From Myxococcota bacterium (GTDB taxonomy: Bacteria > Myxococcota_C > UBA6777), in NCBI GenBank assembly GCA_023150835.1, contig JAKLKB010000013.1, positions 62,001 to 84,875 of the forward strand: 22,875 bases of DNA. The letters run 5' to 3'. The position numbers and the translations under genes were made by a program. Of the stretch, positions 17,099-22,875 are shown one piece after another. Below the pieces are notes generated by a model. That model was not told the origin of the DNA. It did not search any database and saw nothing but the letters and a program-made list of their open reading frames with translations. The first letter of the stretch is position 1; the number at the start of each line of letters is the position of its first letter.

Positions 17099-19213
17099 TT
17101 GGATGCAGGGCAGGACACGCCTTTGCTCAAAGATCCACTCGTCCAGCAACAAACATGGAACGCCATCCTCTCACAACCCGCTCCTTCGATCTCGCAAGAA
17201 GAACTCGAAGACTGCCAAGATGAAGCCTTGGACTGCTTGGAATACATCGACGAAAAGCTCGTCGAAATGGAAGGCGCACCACATAACGAGGCTCTTTGGC
17301 AGCGCATTCAAACCACCTATGCGCGGGTTCATGAACTCGGTTGGCTGCTGCGTTTGCGCCCCGGACTCGAACTGTTGCAGCGCATCCGAGCCTTTCTTGA
17401 CTACATCCAAACCAAACAACTCGAACTCAAACTCGAAGATATCCGCCATCTCTTGCGTGCAGGCGGCGTCTTGCGCGAACTGATCCGCTTGCGCAACCTC
17501 CCCACACCTCCTCCCCCCTCTCCTGACGCCTTGCTGCTTTCGGCACCGCCCTCTAGCACCGATCTCGGCGAGCCACTCGCCCGACACCCCACCCTCAAAA
17601 AACAACACCGCGAGATCCTCCAATGGTTTCGCCAACAGATCGAACAAGAAGAGATCGTCCAACGCATGCACGCAGGCGCAAGCGTCCCCGCACTCGGCGA
17701 TCTGCTCGTCACCCAAGGCCTGATCTCTCCACCCATCCTCCGCCAAGTCATGGCCGAAAAACCCAAAGATGAACGCCTCGGTGAAAGCCTGATCAACGCA
17801 GGCAAGCTCTCCCCTGCCCAACTTCAAAAAACCCTCGATCTCCAAGAACGCTTCAAACGCCGAACCCACGGAACCTTCTCCCTCGACAACCAACAGATGC
17901 TCGAACTTCGCGGATGGATCGGCGAAATGGGCGCGATGCTTCATCAACTCCAACAACACACCCTCGAAGAACCCACCCCACACACACACCCAAACGACGC
18001 CATCCCGCACGCCCACACACACTCAGACCACACCCCCTTAAACAGCCCCTCCGCCCCACACACCGACCCCTCCACGCTCCATCCCTTCCACACCGAAGGC
18101 AAACAGATCGTCCAACACCTGCGCAAACTTCACAAACATCTCGCGCAACGCGTTCGATCGCTCTCCATGATCCCGCTCAGTCGGCTCTTTGCCCGCCTTC
18201 AACCCCACATCGAAGAACTCTCCGCTCGCTTTCAACACCCCCTCACGCTTTCTCTCGAAGACAACGCTTGTGAAGTCGAACTCTACCAACAAAGCTCCGT
18301 CGAGCAGATCCTCCGCGACCTCCTACGCAACGCCATCGAACACGGGATCGAAACCACCGAAGAACGCCAACGCGCCCACAAGCCTCCGATCGGAACGCTC
18401 CGTATACACGCCCACATCGCACAACGCGGCCCCAACGACCCGCACCGCCTGCTGATCCTCACCGTCGAAGACGACGGACGCGGACTGGACTGGCCACGCC
18501 TCCAAGAAGAAGCCCGCCGACAAGGCTTTCTCCAACGAGACGATACACTCGATGAAAATCGCATCGTTCGCCTTTTGCTCGAAGAAAAACTTGCCCAAGG
18601 CGCACGCTCTCTTTCCGCAGGCATGGGCTTTGTGCAGATCAGCAAACATCTCCAGATCCTTGACGCCACCCTTCACTACCACCGCCAAGAACTCGGTGGA
18701 TGCGCCTTTTCCATCCACCTCCCCATCCCCACCACATACCTCTTTGGGTGCCACTTTTCTCGCTACGGCAGCCACTTCTTCATCCCCGCCAGCACTGTCC
18801 GCGATATCATCCCCGCCCAAGAAGCCATCACTTCCTACCACACCAACGGACAACTCGCCCTCCATTGGTACGATGAACCTCTCCTTCCGATCGTCCGCCT
18901 CCCTTCCTTCCAACCCCATCGACCCCACAAAACCCCTCCCCACGCTTTTGTGCTCCCCCCCAACCAAGCCCTCCAACAATCCGTCGGACACAGCTCCTAT
19001 CTCGTCATGGAATCCACCGAAGGCTTGATCGCCCTCTACGTCGACACCATCCACGCCGATCAAATGGCCGAACTCGTCTTTGTCGGCAGCAGTTATCTCC
19101 AACACCCCGCGATCAGCGGTGGCGCTCGACTCACCAACGGCACCTACGCTTGGATCATCGACCCCGCCAAACTCTATCTCTCCCATCTATCCGCCTCTTC
19201 CAATATGCCTTGA
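17099..19213 (+). CDS. CheA-like protein (degenerate Hpt, tandem MshEN-like motif, dimerization region, HATPase_c, CheW-like domain)
   Basis: SMIPLSRLFARL, LLRNAIEHGIET.EER...KPPIGTLRI, VEDDGRGLD, FSIHLP and AISGGARLTNGTYAWIIDP follow the CheA P3-P5 pattern. The start codon is uncertain (TTG 17099 or 17123). Confidence 0.88.
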   Translation: MDAGQDTPLLKDPLVQQQTWNAILSQPAPSISQEELEDCQDEALDCLEYIDEKLVEMEGAPHNEALWQRIQTTYARVHELGWLLRLRPGLELLQRIRAFLDYIQTKQLELKLEDIRHLLRAGGVLRELIRLRNLPTPPPPSPDALLLSAPPSSTDLGEPLARHPTLKKQHREILQWFRQQIEQEEIVQRMHAGASVPALGDLLVTQGLISPPILRQVMAEKPKDERLGESLINAGKLSPAQLQKTLDLQERFKRRTHGTFSLDNQQMLELRGWIGEMGAMLHQLQQHTLEEPTPHTHPNDAIPHAHTHSDHTPLNSPSAPHTDPSTLHPFHTEGKQIVQHLRKLHKHLAQRVRSLSMIPLSRLFARLQPHIEELSARFQHPLTLSLEDNACEVELYQQSSVEQILRDLLRNAIEHGIETTEERQRAHKPPIGTLRIHAHIAQRGPNDPHRLLILTVEDDGRGLDWPRLQEEARRQGFLQRDDTLDENRIVRLLLEEKLAQGARSLSAGMGFVQISKHLQILDATLHYHRQELGGCAFSIHLPIPTTYLFGCHFSRYGSHFFIPASTVRDIIPAQEAITSYHTNGQLALHWYDEPLLPIVRLPSFQPHRPHKTPPHAFVLPPNQALQQSVGHSSYLVMESTEGLIALYVDTIHADQMAELVFVGSSYLQHPAISGGARLTNGTYAWIIDPAKLYLSHLSASSNMP

Positions 19214-19244
19214 CACACCAACTTCCCCCTTGTTAGAGTGCGCC
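19210..19244 (+). promoter_or_regulatory. Putative sigma70 promoter upstream of ileS with extended -10 and GC-rich discriminator
   Basis: TTGACA (19210-19215, overlapping the cheA-like stop), 18-bp spacer, TGn-TAGAGT (19231-19239), then GCGCC. Confidence 0.5.
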
Positions 19245-19370
19245 TTCTTTTCGGGGCCATCGCACCCACCCATCCGCCCTGCTTTATCGGATACAACGGT
19301 CGCGATGACGTACGATAATTCGAGAGAACGATCACGAATTCCACGCCAAAGGATATACAACGTCCGTGGT

Positions 19371-19502
19371 GTCTTAGGATATCCGCCCGCTGCGTGATCG
19401 CAAAACGTAGGGGCAGCCCCTATAGATGGAACAATCGAGTCGCAGACATCCGGTCTTAGGATATCCGCCCGCTGCGTGATCGCAAAACGTAGGGGCAGCC
19501 CC
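19371..19502. repeat. Exact 50-bp direct repeat (19371-19420, 19453-19502) with a 32-bp spacer
   Basis: GTCTTAGGATATCCGCCCGCTGCGTGATCGCAAAACGTAGGGGCAGCCCC occurs twice. Confidence 0.97.
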
Positions 19503-19514
19503 CCGTGGCTGCCC
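19489..19514 (+). repeat. GTAG-family REP (repetitive extragenic palindrome)
   Basis: GTAG-GGGCAGCC-CCCCGT-GGCTGCCC: GTAG foot plus an 8-bp perfect stem. A truncated copy is at 19407-19422. Confidence 0.85.
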
Positions 19515-19708
19515 TATTACAGGGCGTCTACGTACTATCCTTTGTTGTGTACATCACTCGGATTTCGTGTAAGTCCTCATCCTCTCCGAAAAACAAACTC
19601 GACCCTTTGGCTCTCGTCTCTCCACAAAGCAGCACCTCGATCAACGAAGTGCCTTCGATCCCTTTTCATTCCCCTCTGGATATCCAGAGCAGCACGCGGA
19701 GTTTCTTG

Positions 19709-22582
19709 ATGACGCAAGAAGATACAAAAGACAAAGATCCCTACAAAAAAACCCTCAACCTGCCGCAAACACGCTTTGCCATGCGCGCAAACCTCGTCCA
19801 AAACGAGCCACAGTTCCAGAAACGATGGGATAAAATCGAGATCTTCTCGCGCATCCGCAACCAGCACTCCCCCAACGGACCCTTTGTCTTTCACGACGGC
19901 CCACCCTACGCCAACGGCTCGATCCATCTCGGACACCTCCTCAACAAAGTCCTCAAAGATCTCGTCGTCCGCTCCCGTAGCATGGCCGGATTCGAGGTTA
20001 ACTTCGTCCCGGGCTGGGATTGTCACGGCCTCCCGATCGAACACAAAGTCGTCCAAGAACTCGGTGACAAGGCCCGTGAGATGGTCCCCCTTCAGATCCG
20101 TGGACGCTGCAAAACCTACGCAGAAAAATTCATCAAAGTCCAAGCCCAACAAATGCAACGCCTCGGAACACTCGGCGATTACAACCACCCCTACATCACG
20201 ATGGACCCCACCTACGAAGGCGCTGTCCTCGAAGTCTTTGCCGATCTCGTCCAAGAAGGGCTCGTCTACCGCGCCCTCAAACCCGTCCACTGGTCCGTCG
20301 CCAACCAAACCGCCCTCGCCGAAGCTGAACTCGAATACGAAGATCGCCAAGATATCAGCATCTACGTCCTCTTTGCGATCACCGATCCCCACGCTCTCCC
20401 CTCCGAACTCCACGCCCCCACCGACACACCCGTCCATCTAATGATCTGGACCACAACCCCATGGACCCTCCCCGCAAACCTCGCTGTTGCCGTCGCTGCC
20501 AACGAACAATACGGACTTTACCGCTTTACTCAAAACGGCCAAACCCGATGCGCCGTGATCGGTTCTGCCCTCCACGAAACCGTCCTCCAAAAAGGCGGTG
20601 CCACCGACATCTCCTGCCTTGGAACCGTCCAAGGTAGCGCGCTCGTCGACGCCAAACTCCGTTATCAACACCCCTTTGTCGATCGCACAAGCCCCGTCGT
20701 CAGCGCCGATTACGTCACTCTCACCGATGGAACGGGACTTGTTCACACCGCCCCCGGACATGGGGCCGAAGACTACCAAACCGGCTTGCGCGAAGGACTC
20801 GATATCTACTGCCCTGTGCGCGCCGACGGAACCTACGATGAATCCGTCCCCTCATGGCTCCAAGGCAAAGATATCTGGAAAGCCAACTCCGGCATCGTCG
20901 AACACCTCCGAGAAAGCCACGCCCTCTTCCACGATCATCTCTTTTGGCACAGCTACCCGCACGATTGGCGCAGCAAAACCCCCACCATCTTCCGCGCCAC
21001 CGACCAATGGTTTATCGGCGTCGATCGCGTCGCTCAAAGCAAACAAAAAACCTTGCGCGAACTCGCCCTTGAGGCCGCGAAAGAAACCATCCAATTTGTC
21101 CCAGAGTGGGGCGAAAACCGCTTGCGCGGGATGCTCGAAGCCCGACCCGACTGGTGCATCAGCCGCCAACGCGCATGGGGACTCCCCATCCCCGCCTTTT
21201 ACAACGCTCACGATGAACTCCTGTTGACCGCCGAAAGCGTCCGCGCTGTCGCTCGCACCCTCCGACAAAAAGGCTCCGACTTCTGGTTCAAAGCCAACTC
21301 CGCCGATCTGCTCGGTGATTACGATCCCAACCAAGATCCACAAGCTCCCCTTTGGGCCAAACAAGGCGGAAAATCCGCACTCTCCGCACTTCGCCTCTCC
21401 AACGATATCTTTGATGTCTGGTTCGAGTCGGGTTCTTCGTGGAATGCCGTCTTGCGCGAACGCAACATCGGCTACCCCGCCGACCTCTACCTCGAAGGTT
21501 CCGATCAACATCGTGGCTGGTTCCAATTGTCCCTTCTCCCCGCCCTCGGCGCGACAGGACAGTCACCCTTCAAAACCGTCCTCACTCACGGCTTTATGGT
21601 CGACGCCAAAGGCCGCAAAATGAGCAAGTCCGAAGGCAACACCATCGAAGTTGAAGACCTCCTCAAAGAACACGGGGCCGATGTCTGCCGCTGGTGGGTC
21701 AGCTCTCTCAACTACGCCAACGATATCAAAGTCGACCAAAAGTTCTTTCACGTCGCAAGCGAAGAGTACCGCAAGATCCGAAACACCATCCGTTTCTTGC
21801 TCGCCAACCTCTACGACTTCGACCCCAACACCGATCGCTACACCCTCACCTCCGAAGATCGCCATAGCATCGACTTTTGGGCCCACAACGAACTCCAAAA
21901 ACTCACCCACGAGATCCTCTCGGCCTACCAAGAACTCCAATTCAAACGTGTTCGAGAAGCTCTCTTCCTGTTCGCCAACGACACCATGAGCGCCATCTAC
22001 ATGGCCGCCACCAAAGATCGTCTCTACTGCGAAAAGCCCTCCTCACCGAAGCGACGACGCACCCAAACCGTCATGTACGATACCGCTGTCGCCATGATCC
22101 AACTCTCCGCACCGATCCTCGTCCACACCGCCGAAGAAGCATGGCTGTCCTTGCACAACCTCGATCCCAAAGACAGCGACGCAAGCGTTCACCTAACCCA
22201 CTTCCCCACCGCCCAACCCGTCGATCACGCCCTATCCAACGACTGGCAAGCCCTCATGGACCTGCGCGAAAAGATCCTCAAAGCCCTCGAAGAAGCCAAA
22301 GAAACCCCCGGCATCTCCTTTGCGATGGACGCTGGTATCCAAGCCACCGTCCCCGCCGAACTCTACGCCCAGATCTCTCCCTACGCCCCCGAGATGCCCG
22401 ACCTCTGCAACGTCAGCCGTTTCGCCCTCCACATCGGCCCACAGATCCACATCCAAGTCGATGACCTCCGCCAAGAACCCCGCTGCGCCCGCTCTTGGAA
22501 ACGCGACGGAACCGTCCAGACTCGCGGCGAAGACGGAGCCCCCCTCTCTCTCCGCGACGCCCAAGTCCTCGGCCTCCTCTAA
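19709..22582 (+). CDS. ileS: Isoleucine--tRNA ligase (bacterial type 1)
   Basis: HDGPPYANGSIHLGH, PGWDCHGLPIE, IWTTTPWTLPAN, GTGLVHTAPGHG, DWCISRQRAWG, YLEGSDQHRGWF and KMSKS. ATG 19709 lies behind GGAG; 957 aa. Confidence 0.97.
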   Translation: MTQEDTKDKDPYKKTLNLPQTRFAMRANLVQNEPQFQKRWDKIEIFSRIRNQHSPNGPFVFHDGPPYANGSIHLGHLLNKVLKDLVVRSRSMAGFEVNFVPGWDCHGLPIEHKVVQELGDKAREMVPLQIRGRCKTYAEKFIKVQAQQMQRLGTLGDYNHPYITMDPTYEGAVLEVFADLVQEGLVYRALKPVHWSVANQTALAEAELEYEDRQDISIYVLFAITDPHALPSELHAPTDTPVHLMIWTTTPWTLPANLAVAVAANEQYGLYRFTQNGQTRCAVIGSALHETVLQKGGATDISCLGTVQGSALVDAKLRYQHPFVDRTSPVVSADYVTLTDGTGLVHTAPGHGAEDYQTGLREGLDIYCPVRADGTYDESVPSWLQGKDIWKANSGIVEHLRESHALFHDHLFWHSYPHDWRSKTPTIFRATDQWFIGVDRVAQSKQKTLRELALEAAKETIQFVPEWGENRLRGMLEARPDWCISRQRAWGLPIPAFYNAHDELLLTAESVRAVARTLRQKGSDFWFKANSADLLGDYDPNQDPQAPLWAKQGGKSALSALRLSNDIFDVWFESGSSWNAVLRERNIGYPADLYLEGSDQHRGWFQLSLLPALGATGQSPFKTVLTHGFMVDAKGRKMSKSEGNTIEVEDLLKEHGADVCRWWVSSLNYANDIKVDQKFFHVASEEYRKIRNTIRFLLANLYDFDPNTDRYTLTSEDRHSIDFWAHNELQKLTHEILSAYQELQFKRVREALFLFANDTMSAIYMAATKDRLYCEKPSSPKRRRTQTVMYDTAVAMIQLSAPILVHTAEEAWLSLHNLDPKDSDASVHLTHFPTAQPVDHALSNDWQALMDLREKILKALEEAKETPGISFAMDAGIQATVPAELYAQISPYAPEMPDLCNVSRFALHIGPQIHIQVDDLRQEPRCARSWKRDGTVQTRGEDGAPLSLRDAQVLGLL

Positions 22583-22641
22583 CTCTCTCCCTCGCTCCTG
22601 CCTTATACGATATCCGAGCGATGTGTGATCGCCCGATTCTT

Positions 22642-22667
22642 GGGCAGCCACAGGGGGCTGCCCCTAC
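22642..22667 (-). repeat. GTAG-family REP, inverted relative to the copy at 19489
   Basis: Minus strand GTAG-GGGCAGCC-CCCTGT-GGCTGCCC, 25/26 identical to 19489-19514. Confidence 0.85.
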
Positions 22668-22875
22668 ACCGTTACGGTAACACTATGGGCGGATTTCGTA
22701 TTACTTCTTCCGTTTTTTGGGGGCACTGCCCCCACCACTTGGACCAACTCAATCGATTCGTTTCGCTGACAACACGACTCTTTTTTCCCTGCGTAACGAG
22801 GTTTCTGCTCCGGACTGTTCGCTTTGACGGCTGCTTTTTTCAAAGCAAACAGTTTCTACGAGTTCCGTCCGTGAA

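Noticed and set aside
19253-19330. tRNA-Ala-like start GGGGCCAT after a stable-RNA-like promoter
   Set aside because: The match stops after 8 nt; no D-arm, TTCGA T-loop or acceptor stem closure.
19371-19502. CRISPR-like geometry (50-bp repeat, 32-bp spacer)
   Set aside because: Only two copies, the repeat is long and ends in a REP half, and there are no cas genes in the window.
19245-19708. T-box riboswitch upstream of ileS
   Set aside because: No GGTGGxACCGCG-type T-box sequence or terminator/antiterminator pair is visible.
19505-19708. Upstream extension of the ileS ORF
   Set aside because: It begins inside the REP; recognisable IleRS sequence begins after ATG 19709, which has an RBS.

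Overview
Bacterial chromosomal window, most consistent with a myxobacterium or related deltaproteobacterium (eukaryote-like Ser/Thr kinase with a myxobacterial-type layout, long Pro-rich linkers; this is inference, not a database result). I call 14 likely CDS: MATE transporter (-), class I/II PLP aminotransferase (-), rnc (+), two small hypotheticals (+), a secreted/outer-membrane hypothetical (-), a Borrelia P13-like membrane protein (-), trmL (-), a membrane-anchored Ser/Thr kinase with a 30-bp tandem repeat (+), a three-gene envelope module of MMPL/RND + LolA-like + DUF1302-like beta-barrel (-), an orphan CheA-like protein (+) and ileS (+). Most notable: (1) the CheA-like protein appears catalytically degenerate (no Hpt phospho-acceptor His, eroded F/G2 boxes) but carries a tandem MshEN-type c-di-GMP motif and is divergent from the envelope module; (2) the MMPL protein lacks the usual proton-relay Asp in both halves; (3) GTAG-family REP hairpins flank ileS in inverted orientation, with an exact 50-bp duplication upstream; (4) a strong C-over-G bias on the + strand regardless of gene direction; (5) many short local duplications, including a copy of the MATE 3' end. 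No rRNA, tRNA, CRISPR array, transposase or integrase could be supported. All family assignments come from motif recognition by eye.
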